From Mobula hypostoma (Eukaryota), in the NCBI RefSeq assembly GCF_963921235.1, contig NC_086109.1:13766001-13830000 (forward strand): a stretch of 64,000 bases of DNA, written 5' to 3'. Position numbers and translations under genes: made by a program. The notes beneath the pieces were generated by a model. That model saw nothing but the letters and a program-made list of their open reading frames with translations. It did not search any database and was not told where the DNA came from. This document shows positions 51,411-62,977 of the stretch, in pieces (position 1 is the stretch's first letter; each line of letters starts with the position of its first letter).

Positions 51411-52714
51411 CTTTACTGTTGCTGCAGAACAACACATTGCACATCATCAGAGTCAGTGAATAGTAAGTCTGATTGTGATTCTGAAATTCACACGGATGTC
51501 TCTTCGCAGACACTGCTCTACCTGTTGGGTTTTTCCAGCGAGCTAATTGTTTCAGATTCAAACATCTGCAATCTCTTGCGTCTCCATGGTAACTACATAC
51601 TAGCATAGATGATTGATGCTGGGTTGTGCTTTTATCACCGCTTTTGTTGGGGATTTTCTTGCAAGGTGTGGTTAAATACCTTTACACTGATGTAAGTTTT
51701 AAAAACGCATAAAAGAGAACCAACACACAAAACACTGTAGGAACTCAGCCGGTGATCAGCACAAATGTGGGGAATGGACGGTCAACATTTTAGTTCAAGA
51801 CCTTTCATCTGGAATGAAAGGCAGAGGCGAAATAATCAGTATTTAAAGTGGAGTTTGATAGGTTCTTGATTAGTAAGGGCGTCAAAGGTTACGGGGAGAA
51901 GGCAGGAGAATGGTGTTGAGAAGGAAAGTAAATCACCATGACTGAATGGTAGATCAGACTCGATGGGTTGAATGGCCTAATTCTGTTCCTATGTTCTATA
52001 AATGGAGAAAGAGCTATCAGGTGATGGATGGATCCAGGTGAGGGGGGGAGTAGGTAAAAGGGAAGAGTGGAATGGGTCTCTACACCCATGACTGTGGCTA
52101 GGCATACCTCAAATGCCATCTATAAATATGCTGATGATATAGCCATTGGTGGCAGAATTTCAGATGGTGACAAAAGGGTGTACAGGAGCGAGATATACCA
52201 GTTAGTGGAGTGGTGTCACAGCAATAACCCTGCACTCAACATCAGCAAGACCAAAGAGCTGATTGTGGACTTCAAGAAGGGTAAGATGAGGGAGCACAAA
52301 CCAATCCTCATAGAGGGACTAGAAGTGAAGAGAGCCAGAAATTTCAAGTTCCTGGGTGGCAATATCTCTGAGGGCCTAACCTAGATGCAACATATTAATG
52401 CAGCTCTAAAGAAGGCAAGACAGCGGCTATATTTCATCAGGAGTTTGAGGAGATTTGGTTTGGCAAATAAAATACTCAAAAACTTCTACAATTGTACAGT
52501 GGAGAGCATTCTGACTGGCTGCATCACCGTCTGGTATTGGGGTGTGGGTGGGGGCTACTGCACAAGATCGACATAAGTTGCAGAAACTTGTAAAATTAGT
52601 CACACTGTTAGCATCGGGAAGGAGATGCAGAAGCCTCTGTGATTCAAGAACAGCTTCTTCTCCTCTGCTATCTGATTTCTAACTGGACATTGAACCCATG
52701 AACACTACCTCATG

Positions 52715-53096
52715 CAACACACACAAAAATTGCTGGTGAACGCAGCAGGCCAGGCAGCATCTATAGGAAGAGGTACAGTCAATGTTTCGGGCTGAGACCC
52801 TTCGTCAGGACTAACTGAAAGAAGAGTTAGTAAGAGATTTGAAAGTGGGAGGGGGAGGGAGAGGGGGAGGGGGAGGGGAGGGGGAGGGGGAGGGGGAGGG
52901 GGAGGGGAGATCCAAAATGATAGGAGAAGACAGGAGGGGGAGGGATGGAGCCAAGAGCTGGACAGGTGATAGGCAAAAGTGATACGAGGCTGGAGAAGGG
53001 AGAGGATCATGGGATGGGAGGCCTAGGGAGAAAGAAAGGGGGGGGGAGCACCAGAGGATGGGCAAGGAGTATAGTGAGAGGGGCAGAGGGAGAAAA

Positions 53097-53194
<98 letters not shown>

Positions 53195-53448
53195 AATAAA
53201 TAAATAGATAGATAGATAAATAACAGGTGGGGTACGAGGGGGAGGTGGGGCATTAGCGGAAGTTAGAGAAGTCAATGTTCATGCCATCAGGTTGGAGGCT
53301 ACCCAGACGGAATATAAGGTGTTGTTCCTCCAACCTGAGTGTGGCTTCATCTTTGCAGTAGAGGAGGCCATGGATAGACATATCAGAATGGGAATGGGAT
53401 GTGGAATTAAAATGTGTGGCCACTGGGAGATCCTGCTTCCTCTGGTGG
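52715..53448 (-). mobile_element. 5'-truncated Penelope-like insertion with a hammerhead motif (52776-52813)
   Basis: 13-bp TSD acactacctcatg at 52702-52714 and 53449-53461; GIY-YIG C-terminal coding remnant; the minus strand reads agtcCTGACGAagggtctcagcccGAAAcattgactg. Confidence 0.85.
53098..53190. repeat. (GA)n microsatellite, with a (GGGGA)n tract upstream at 52846-52908
   Basis: Directly visible. Confidence 0.97.
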
Positions 53449-53631
53449 ACACTACCTCATGATTTTTTTATTTCTGTTTTATTTATTCTACTTATTTTAA
53501 CTATTTAATAGATATAATGTAACTCTTTTTTCTCTATATCTGTTTATCATGTATTTCATTGTACTGCTGCCATAGGTTAACAGATTACACGACATATGCC
53601 AGTGATATTAAACCGGATTCTGATTCTGATA

Positions 53632-54350
53632 TCAGAAGCTGGGAGGTGATAGGGTGGAAGTGACGGACAGCTGAGGATAGTGGAATTTGAGAGGAGAGGA
53701 AAGGAGGGGCATGGAATAGAGGGGAATAGTGGGGGAGGGGAACCAGTGGAGCGAGTGTGTGGGTGATGGGCAGATGGAGAGGGGAGGGATGAGGAAGAGA
53801 TATGATAATGTGGGATAGTGAATCACGAGGAGAGAGAGAAGACAAGAGAAGACAGAGGGAGAAGTTACCGGAAGCTGGAGAATTCAATGTTCATGCTGCC
53901 AAATTGTAGGTGACCTGGGCGGAATATAAGGTGCTGTTCCTCTAGTTTGTGTTCAGCTTTGGCTTGGCAGTGGAGGAGCGGAAGACAGAGATGTTGGTGT
54001 GGGAGTGAGAAGGAGAATTAAAATGGCTCCCTGCCCAGGAGATCCAGGCAGCCTTGATGGACTGAGCAAAGTTATTTGGCAAATCTGTAAATCCAGTCTG
54101 CACTTGGACACACTGATGCAGAGGAGGCTGTGAAGGGAGAACTAGAAGCACTAAATAATGCTGGTGGATTTGTATGTGAAAGATTGCCTCACTTGGAAGT
54201 GCTGTTTAATTTTCCTGGACAGTGGTGAGGGAGGAGGGTATCACGGGGGATAGTGCCCGGGGAGGGAGGGGGTTGGCTGGGAAAGGCTGAACAGACTGGG
54301 AAGCCACAGAAAGTAGAGAGGAGGGGAAGGGAAGATGTGGCCGGTGGTGA
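53632..54350 (-). mobile_element. Older Penelope-like fragment (GIY-YIG region)
   Basis: Similar to 53250-53440 (tcaatgttcatgc...ggaatataaggtgctgttcc). Confidence 0.65.
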
Positions 54351-54524
54351 GTGAGAGAGGGGCGCTGCAGAATCATGAAACCAAGTCACCGTGAGAGGGC
54401 AGCTCTATACGAGAAGGTTCTACACTGTTCCAATGGCTACTTTCCAAAGCTGGCCGGGAACCTGGCTGCAGGCCAATCGAAAGCCTGCAGCGCTGAAGCA
54501 GTTAACTGAGGACAGCTCAGAAAT

Positions 54525-54810
54525 TAAACAAAAGGCCCGCAAACAAAGACAGAAGAGACAAAAGGGATGGGGGAACAATTAAAGATAGACAAAAGCTGCC
54601 TTGGACAAAGGAAATCAAACAATGGACCTTTCGGCAATGGAGGAGAGTACAAAGGGCCCAGTGACAACAGGACAATGGTCCCACTATATTTACTCCAATA
54701 TTATCTCTTTACAGCTGCTGCCTGTTCCATTTTTGCTGCTTCTATTTTTAATGGCTCCTTTGTTTGACATTGCCTCGCTTTTCCTTTTGTTAGGTGCCTT
54801 TGTCTGTTTG
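54525..54810. promoter_or_regulatory. Candidate enhancer: dense cluster of Sox/TCF (HMG-box)-type motifs
   Basis: About 10 ACAAAG/ACAATG-like sites on the plus strand in 150 bp, then CTTTGT/CATTG sites in the opposite orientation; CCAAT at 54430 and 54473; no recognisable repeat. Confidence 0.45.
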
Positions 54811-54959
54811 CAGACAAACGATTTCTGTTCAACCAGGGATAAATTGAGGGTTTATTTGAAACACATTAATGGTTTCCATAGTGAAACACTTTGGCCTGTT
54901 CTCTGTAGTTTCCAGTTTATTTCTTACTGCCTCTCTATCTTAACAAATGCACACACACG

Positions 54960-55255
54960 CTCAATCTTTCTCTCAGTCTCTCTACTTTCTATCTCTTGCC
55001 ATTCCCTCTCTCTTCCTCTCCTTCTCTCTCTTTCTTTTTATCCCTCTCCCTGTCTACCCCTCTTTTCTTCCTTTCCCCTCTCTCTTTCTTCCTCTCCCTC
55101 CATCTCTCTCTCTCTATCTTCCTTTCCCTCTCTTTCTATCTCTCCCTCTCTCTCTTTTCTCTCCCTTTCTCCCTCCCCTTCTCTCTCTCTTTCTATCTCT
55201 CTTCCTCCCCCTCCCTCATTCTCTCTGACTCTTTCTTTCCCTTTCTTTTTCTACA
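54960..55255. repeat. CT-rich polypyrimidine low-complexity tract
   Basis: Directly visible. Confidence 0.9.
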
Positions 55256-55921
55256 TCTATATTTTAAATTTTCCTGCATTTGTCAGACCTATCAAGGGTC
55301 TTACACAGAATCTGGGGAAACTGAGAAATCCCACATTTAAAAGTTTGTTTATTTATTTATTCAAATGCCCACCACGATGTTTCTTCTCGCCCACTTTGTT
55401 AAAAACGAGACCGAATGCTGTGGCATAGAAGGAACCGCTTCAAATGATTTAAAATGATTGTTTCTTTGCCATAACCAGACGTCGTTTTGTTGTGAAGCAA
55501 AATCACTGATGTGTTTAATTGTAAAGCTTTGTTTTTTGATTTGATAACTTCAGCACACAAGGATATTTATTATCGATTCAATATGGGTAACATCTCTTTC
55601 ACCTATGTTATTGTAAAGCACTGCTGATACTAGAAGGGAATTTCTGCATTAAAAGAGTTGACAGACATGTTGATTTTATTTTGACAAGTAAAAAGCCAAA
55701 ATACTAAGCTTGAAAGGGTAAAACAGCTCCACTGAAGTACATTTTTTGTTGTAGTCAGAAGTAAAAGAGGTTTTCCTGCCGTGTTTTGGGAGATTGATTT
55801 ACCATTAAAAAGCCTAAGAGAAATGTTTTCACCATTCACAGTTGAACCCTATTTATTGAACGTACAACTGTTAAGTTCAGTATGAATCAGAATGAGATTT
55901 ATTATCAGTGATTTATTATTC

Positions 55922-56378
55922 TGTGGTGGCAACTCAATGCATAAAAGCTTACAAACATAGTCAGAGAGGTTTGGTTGTTGTTCAGACCAAATGTCGGAAT
56001 GGGGAAGAAACGTGTTCTAAGTGACTTGACCGTGGAATTATCGTCGGTGCCAGTCGGGGTAGTTTGCGCATCTTGGAAGCTGCTGATCTCCTGGGATTTT
56101 CACTGACAACAGTCTCTAGAGTTTACAGAGAATGGCGCAAAAAGAAAGCATCTAGCTGAGCAGCAGTTCCGTGGATGAGAGGTCAGAGGAGAATGGTCAG
56201 GCTGACTTAAGCAGACCGGATGGGACCAGTAACTGAAATAACCACAAGTTACAACAGTGGTGTGCAGAAGAGCATCTCTGAATGCGCAACATTTCAAACC
56301 TTGAAGTGAATGGGACACAGCAACAGAATACCACACTGGGTTCCACTGTTGTACCTAATAAAGTGGCCGCTGAGTGCA
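55922..56378 (+). mobile_element. Tc1-like remnant with right TIR
   Basis: Homologous to 17440-17790; ends tgtacctaataaagtggccgctgagtg, the reverse complement of the left TIR at 17367. Confidence 0.85.
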
Positions 56379-56514
56379 TATGACATGAGGTGTGTGACAC
56401 AGTGCGAAGGTATAAACTTAGAATGAATTACACAAATAAATAGAGCATAAAAAGAATAACTATACTCTATATTCAATACTTTGCTTCAAAAGTGCCAACT
56501 ATTGAAAGTTCTAT

Positions 56515-58695
56515 CAAAGTTCAAAGTAAAGTAAATTTATTATCAAAGTACATATATATATTATCATACACAATCCTGAGGTACATCCTCTTGTGGATAC
56601 ACCCAGTAAATCCATGAACATAATAGAAACAATGAAAAAACAAACACAACAGGGCAGACAAGCATTGTGCAAAAGACAACAAACTGTGCAAATAGAAAAG
56701 AGGAAAAAATGCAATAAATAAAAAAGCAATAAATACAGAGAACATGAGGTGAGGAGTCCTTGAAAGTGAGTCCATAGGCTGTGTGAACAGTTCAGTGAAG
56801 GGGCAAGCTGAACGACATTATCCCCACTGGTTCAAGAACCTGGTGGTTGAGGGGTAATAACTGTTCCTGAACCGGTTGGTGTGAGTCCTAAGGCTCCTGT
56901 ACCACCTTCTTGATGACAGCAATGAGAAGAGAGCATGGCCTGTTTGGTGGGGGTCCTTGACGATGGATGCAGCTTTCCTGCGAAAGCACTCCATATAGAT
57001 GTGCTCAATGGAAGGGATAGATTTACCCGTGATGCACTGGGCCATATCTACTTTTTGATTCAAAGTCATTGATTTTTCCAGGTTGTGATGCAACCAGTCC
57101 ATGTACTCTCTACCCCACATCTATAGAAGTTTTGTCAAAGTAACAGATGTCACGCCGAATCTTCACAAACTTCTAAGGAGGTAGAGGTGCTGTTGTGCTT
57201 TCTTTGTAATTGCACTTCTGTGCTGGGCCCAGGATATGTTCTATGAAATGATAACATCGAGGAATTTAAAGTTGCTGACCCACTCCACATTTGACCCTCT
57301 GATGGGTTTGGCTCATGATCCTCCAGGTTCCTCCTCCTGAAGTCAGTCATCAGCTCCTTGGTTTTGCTGACAATTAGCAAGAGGTTCCACTCAGCCAGAT
57401 TTTCAATTTCCCCCCATCTGCTGATTTATCGCCACCTTTGATCGGCCAGCAACAGTGGTGTCATCAGCAAACTTAAACATAGCACTGGAGCTGTGCTTAG
57501 CCAAACAGTCTTACTGTAAGTGCAAAGTGAGTAAAGAGGAGTCTAAGCTCACAGCCTTGTGGTGCATCTATGCTGATGGAGATTGTGGAGGAGATGTTGC
57601 CAATCTGAACCGACTGGGGACTGCAGCTGAGGAAATCGATGACCCAATTGCACAAGGAGATATTGAGAGCAAGATCTTGAAGGTTATAGATTAGTTTTGA
57701 GGGGATTGCAAGCTGAGCTGTAGTCAATAAAGAGCATCCTGATGTATGCATCTTTGCTGTCCAGGTGTTTCTGGTTTGAGCAAAGGGCCAATGAAATGGC
57801 ATCTGCTGTGGATCTGTTGTGCCGGTAGGCAAATTGGAGCAGATCCAAGCTTCATCACAATGCATGTAAGTGCTACTGGATGTTAGTCGTTGAGGCAGGT
57901 TCCACGTTCCTCTTAGGCACCAGTATAATTGAAGCCTGCTTGAAACAGGTGGGTATGTCGGACTGCTGAAGCAAGAGGTTAAAGGTATTGGTGAACGCTC
58001 CAGCCAGTTGATCAGCACTGGTCTTTAGTACTCGGCCAGGGATCCCATCAGGGCTGGATGTTTTCCAGGGGTTCACCCACCTGAAGAATGATCTCACATT
58101 GGCCTCAGAGTTTCAGATCACAGGGTCATCAGGGGCTGCTGGAGTTTGTGAAGGTTCTTCCGTGTTTTGATGGTCAAAGCGAGCATAGACAGCATTGAGC
58201 TTACCTGGAAGCGAAGCGCTGTTGACACCTATGTCACTTGATTTCACTTTGTAAGAGGTAATAGCATTCAAGCGCTGCCAGTTTGTCGAGCATCCTTCAG
58301 TGAGTCAAGTTTGGTCTGGATTTGCTACTTCGCTCCTGTAATGGCTTTCCAGAGATGGTACCTGGACCTTACTTGGTCATCAAATTTGAATACCTCTACC
58401 CTCAGCATATTGCGAATCTACTGGTTCAACCAGGGCTTCTGGTTGGGGGAGACCCTGAATGATTGTGTGGGGACACACTCATCTGTGACTGTTTTTATAA
58501 AGTTCATGACAACCATGATGTATTCGTTCAGATCCGTGTGTAAGTCCTTGAACACGATCCAATCCACCGATTTAAAGCAATACCATAGCCGCTCTTCTGC
58601 CTCCCGCGACCACCTCTTCATTGTCCTTATCTCTGGAGCCTTCCTAATTAGCCTCTGCCTGTATGCAGGTGGGAGAAGAACAGCCAAGTGATCTG
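56515..58695 (-). mobile_element. Rex1-type LINE (endonuclease end to 3' tail), decayed
   Basis: [44 protein letters not shown]. Confidence 0.9.
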
Positions 58696-59139
58696 TGTCT
58701 GTGGATTCTGAATGCTATTTGCTTATTTTTATTGTTTGCACGATTTGTTTTTTTTTCTCTCTCTCTCTGCACACTCTGTGTCTGACAGTCTTCATTTTTT
58801 AATGGGTTCTTTTGAGTTTCTTTGTTTTGTGGCTATCTGTGAGGAGACGAGTCTCAAGGGTGTATTTTGATCTTTGAACTTTGATATGTTACCAGTTGTT
58901 GTCATGGACACGGTGGGCCGAAGAGCTTGGTTCCGTGTTGGGTGAGAAGATGTTCGCTGTGAGGGTTCAAAGTTCAAAGTAAATTTATTTTCAAAGTATG
59001 TCTATTATAATAAATATGTATATTGTATGTCTATTTCACCATATATTACCCAGAGATTCATTCTCTTGCAGGCATTCACAGTAGAACAAAGAAATCCAAT
59101 AGAATCAATGAAAAACCGCACAGAAAGACTGACAAACAG

Positions 59140-59362
59140 GGGAACGTCGACTCAGACCATGAGAGGCCTGCATCGGGCATTTTCATGCCTTACAAGGCGC
59201 AGATTGGAAGTCTGTGTGGGGCGCCACTCCTCGCACAGACTAGAGCAATGTGTGATTAAGTGCCTTGCTCAAGGGCACAAACATGCTGCCACAGCTGAGG
59301 CTCGAACTAGCGACCTAGTGATAACTAGACGAACGCCTTAACCACTTGGCCAGGTGCCCAAC
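59140..59362 (-). mobile_element. tRNA-derived SINE (type C) with a CORE-like central motif
   Basis: tggccaagtggttaaggc A box, agttcgagcc B box, tgtgcccttgagcaaggcacttaa; perfect 12-bp TSD actgacaaacag at 59128 and 59363. Confidence 0.8.
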
Positions 59363-60982
59363 ACTGACAAACAGCCAACGTGCAAAAGAAGACAACCTGT
59401 GGAAAAGCAAAGAAAAGTAAATAAATAACACTGAGAGCATTGAGTCTGTAGGTTGTGGAATCAGTTAAGAGTTGAGGTGAGTGAAGTTATCCATGCTGGT
59501 TCAGGAGCCTGATGATTGTAGGGTAATAACTCTTCCTTAACCTGGTGGTTTGGGACCTCCTTCCCAATGGCAGCAGTGAGAAGAGAGCCTGGCCTAGATG
59601 GTGGATCCAGGTCTTGGCTAAGATCGAGGTTTCTTGTTTTCGTATGCTTGCAGGCATTCATGGGCATTTCTTCTCTCATTTTGAAGCTGGGACAAGTAAT
59701 TCTTACCAAGACAAACAGAATTCTGCTGTTTGGACATCTCATGCCAAACATCAGGTGTAGAAATCTTAAACACAAGAGATTCTGGAAATGCTAGAAATCT
59801 TAAGTAAAGCTCACAAAATTCTGGAGGAACACAGCGGATCAGGGGGCATCTATGGAGGGGAATAAACAGACAACGTTTCTGGCCAAGACGAGGGTCCTCG
59901 GGCTGAAACTTAACAACTGTTTATTCACCTCCATTAATGCTGCCTGGCTTGCTGAGTTCCTCTAGCATTTGTATGTGTTGTTCAGTCGGAGAATGAGAAT
60001 GACCTTTTGGCCTACTTCTACGTCATAAGATAAGTTCAAGATATGAACGACTGTATCTGCAGCATGCATGCAGGGTAAGAAGCCAGGATAAGAAGATGGA
60101 GTGAGGGGAGGTGCAAACAGAGTCTGTGGCATGGAGGCTGGTTTCCACGATGTGCTGTGCTGTCTCAGGTTTAGCATTACCTCTTCTCTTCTCCTCACCT
60201 GCCTATCACCTCCTCCTAGTACCCCTCCTCCTCCCATTTCTCCCATGGTCCACACCCCTCTCCTATCAGATTCTTCCTTCTTTAGCCCTCTACCTTTCCA
60301 CCTATCACCTCCCAGCTTCTTACTACATCCCCTCCCCCACCTGGCTGGCTTCACCCATCACCTTCAATCTTGCACTCCTTCCCCTTTCCCCCTACCCCCA
60401 CTTCTTATTCTGGCTTCTTCCCCCTTCCTTCCCAGTCCTGATGAAGAACCTTAGCTTGAACCACCCCCAGTTTGTTCCTTTCCACAGATACTACCTGACC
60501 TACTGAGATCTTCCAGCTTTTTGAGTGTGTTACTCAGGTTTAGCATTGCTGTATGTGGGTTCACTTTTTCATTCCCATCCCCATTAGGCCTTAATTCTGT
60601 CTGCTATTAGCGCCTGTGAATAGAAACAAGGCCACTCTCTTCCTATTAACACGAGAGATTCAGTAGATTGCTGGATGAAGGATCTCGGGCCAAAACGCTG
60701 ACCGTTTGTTCCCCCTCCATTACTGTTGTCAGAGCTGCCGGGTTCCCTCGGTATTAGCCTGCATTGCTCCGTCAGAGAAAGACCCTAGTCTGATTGCCTC
60801 CTAAGATAAATCCAAAACATGAAGGACTATACCTGCAGCAGTCATTTACCTTTTTGTTTGTAGAAACAAGCTCCTCAACTCTTTCAAAGGAACCTAAGGA
60901 CTCAGTACATTTTGTGTAACAGTCTCCCCCCCCCCCCAACCTTCTGACTCTGACTTCTCCCCTATGTCATCCATCCTTTTAC

Positions 60983-61117
60983 CTTAACAACGATGGTCCC
61001 ATTCCCAGCATGTGAGGGGAACTGCCATCACAGTGGCTGCACAGAAACATCGAGGCCAAAAGTGCCAACTAGGCAAAACCTGATCGCGGTGTGTTTTTCT
61101 CCAGTGTGAGTGGCTTT
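60983..61117 (-). other. Candidate non-coding exon (135 bp)
   Basis: Acceptor cttttaccatccgctccttcttctag with an upstream ctaa branch-like site; donor AAG|gtaaaa; stops in all frames. Confidence 0.25.
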
Positions 61118-61244
61118 CTAGAAGAAGGAGCGGATGGTAAAAGTACAATTTAGTTACTCGATTAGCAGTCCGAATGGTGGAGAAATATGACTTCAAACGA
61201 TACCTTTAAAATAAATTTTGGAATTAAAAAGTAATGGTGACCAC

Positions 61245-61515
61245 TGAATGCCATGGTTAACGCAACACTTTTACTGCTCGAGACATTCCGGAGTTTGGAG
61301 TTCAATTCCGGCACCATTCTGCAGGGAGTCTCCATACGTTCTCCCAGTGGAATGAGTGGGTTTTCCCCGGGCGCTCCAGTTTCCTCCCACAGTCCAAATG
61401 CGTAACCAGTAGGTTAAATAGTCATTGTAAATTGTTCTGTGATTAGGTTAGGATTTCGTGGGGCTGTGTTGCTGGGGCAGCGAGCCTGCTCTGCAGTGTA
61501 TCTCTAAATAAATAG
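61245..61515 (+). mobile_element. HE1-like V-SINE
   Basis: gagttcaattcc; gggcgctccagtttcctcccacagtccaaa. Confidence 0.75.
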
Positions 61516-61570
61516 ATAACCAGCCTACTTCAAAGTCCCACGGAGCTATCCAAGGTAAGGCTCCCCTCCC

Positions 61571-61787
61571 AACCAAGAGAAAATCTGCAGATGCTGGAAA
61601 TCCGAGCAACACACACAAAATGCTGGAGGAACTCAGCAGGCCAGTCAGCATCTGTGGAAAAGGGTACAGTCGACATGTTGGGCCGAAAACCTTCAGCAGG
61701 TCCTGGAAGGCTTTTGGCCCGAAACATTGAGTGTATTCTTCTCCATGGATGCTGCCTGGCCTGCTGAGTTCCTCCAGCATTTTGTGT
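61571..61787. mobile_element. Palindromic Penelope pLTR-derived mini-element
   Basis: Inverted arms with two decayed hammerhead motifs; 16-bp TSD gtaaggctcccctccc at 61555 and 61788. Confidence 0.8.
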
Positions 61788-61811
61788 GTAAGGCTCCCCT
61801 CCCCCCACCTT

Positions 61812-62106
61812 TTTTTTGGCATGTGCCTGCATGCGTGCGAGTCTGTGCGTGTCTGTCTGTGTGCATGTGTCCGTGATGATGTCTTTTTCATGGCTTTTAC
61901 AAGGCACGGAGTGAGAGAGAGACTTTGTGGAGCGCCACTCCTTACACAGACATTCTCACAGTATTTTTCCCTTTATTTTACGAGATCAAGTTGCGATCGC
62001 CCGGCACGGATGGAAAGCGTACTCAGGAGCGGACCCGACTGGTTTCGAACCCGGGAACCTCCGCTCCTGGGTCCGGCGCCGATGTCATTGTGCCACCAGC
62101 CGGCTC
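61812..62106 (-). mobile_element. tRNA-derived SINE (type B)
   Basis: Head gagccggctggtggc...gggttcgaaacc; A tail; TSD tccccc(c/t)acctt at 61800 and 62107. Confidence 0.75.
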
Positions 62107-62305
62107 TCCCCCTACCTTCTTACTCTGACTTCTCCCCTTCTTTTCCAGTCCTGGAGAAGAGCATCGGCCTGAAACGTCAATTGTTTACTCTTTTCCATAG
62201 GTACTCCCTGGCCTGCTGAGTTCCTCCAGCATTTTGCACGTGTTGGTCTGGATTTCCGGCATCTACAGATTCTCTTGTGTTTGTGAGGTAAAATTTCCGG
62301 CTTAC

Positions 62306-62420
62306 CCAGATGACTCGCGTGTCTCTCGGTGTACAGCCATGACACAGCAATAAGCAGGACGTTCAGTTGTACCAAAGTTACTGCCCTCTGCAGGGATCAC
62401 TTCACTTCTTTGCTCTCGGT
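62306..62420 (-). other. Candidate exon (115 bp)
   Basis: Acceptor ctgctttcttgttctcctag; donor TGG|gtaagc; one open frame; internal gtcATGG. Confidence 0.3.
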
Positions 62421-62977
62421 CTAGGAGAACAAGAAAGCAGCTCCCCAACTGCTCTCTCAATAGCCAAAAATGGCCGCGCCCCATGAACAAATCGAGGCAC
62501 TATAATTGACTAGAACAACATCACAATTCCTATTCTTGGGGCAAAATATAAAATCACATGATGTAACTAGTCATGTAAAATAAACCTTCTTACCTCCCCC
62601 CCGCCCCCCTCCCCCTTCAAATATCACAGTCCCCATCTCTAATCTCCTGCTGTGCTGGCATTTGTGCACTCACTTCCTATAGTCATACATTAAAGAAATA
62701 TGCAGACTGTTGAAGTTTCTTATCATCATCTCTGCATGTTTGCTAAATTTGGTTACAGCTATAACACAATCCATCTGTTCTGTTATCTCTCTGTTCATCC
62801 TCAATTTCATACTTGAAAACATCTTTTGACTGCGCTTTTGAAAGCCCTAAGCGAATTAAAATTATTTTAATGTACATTCTGAAGTTGAACCTGTCAGACA
62901 GGTACCCCTATCTTTCTCTCTCTCTCCTTTTCCCTCCAGCTCCCCTCTCTAACTTGCTTTCTCTACCTCTTGAGGGC

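Larger units (their letters stand above)
52075..53630 (+). mobile_element. Rex1-type LINE 3' part, interrupted by a Penelope insertion
   Basis: KYADD, LNISKTKEL, FKFLG, QRLYFIRSLRRF; the 3' UTR resumes at 53449; (GATTCT)n tail. Confidence 0.85.

Noticed and set aside
52705..53275. Pro-rich, Ser-Leu and Glu-Arg repeat ORFs
   Set aside because: Translations of the (GGGGA)n and (GA)n tracts inside a Penelope insertion.
54601..55428. 275-aa hydrophobic Ser/Leu-rich ORF resembling a membrane protein
   Set aside because: Its length comes largely from the CT low-complexity tract; non-ATG start; no recognisable domain.
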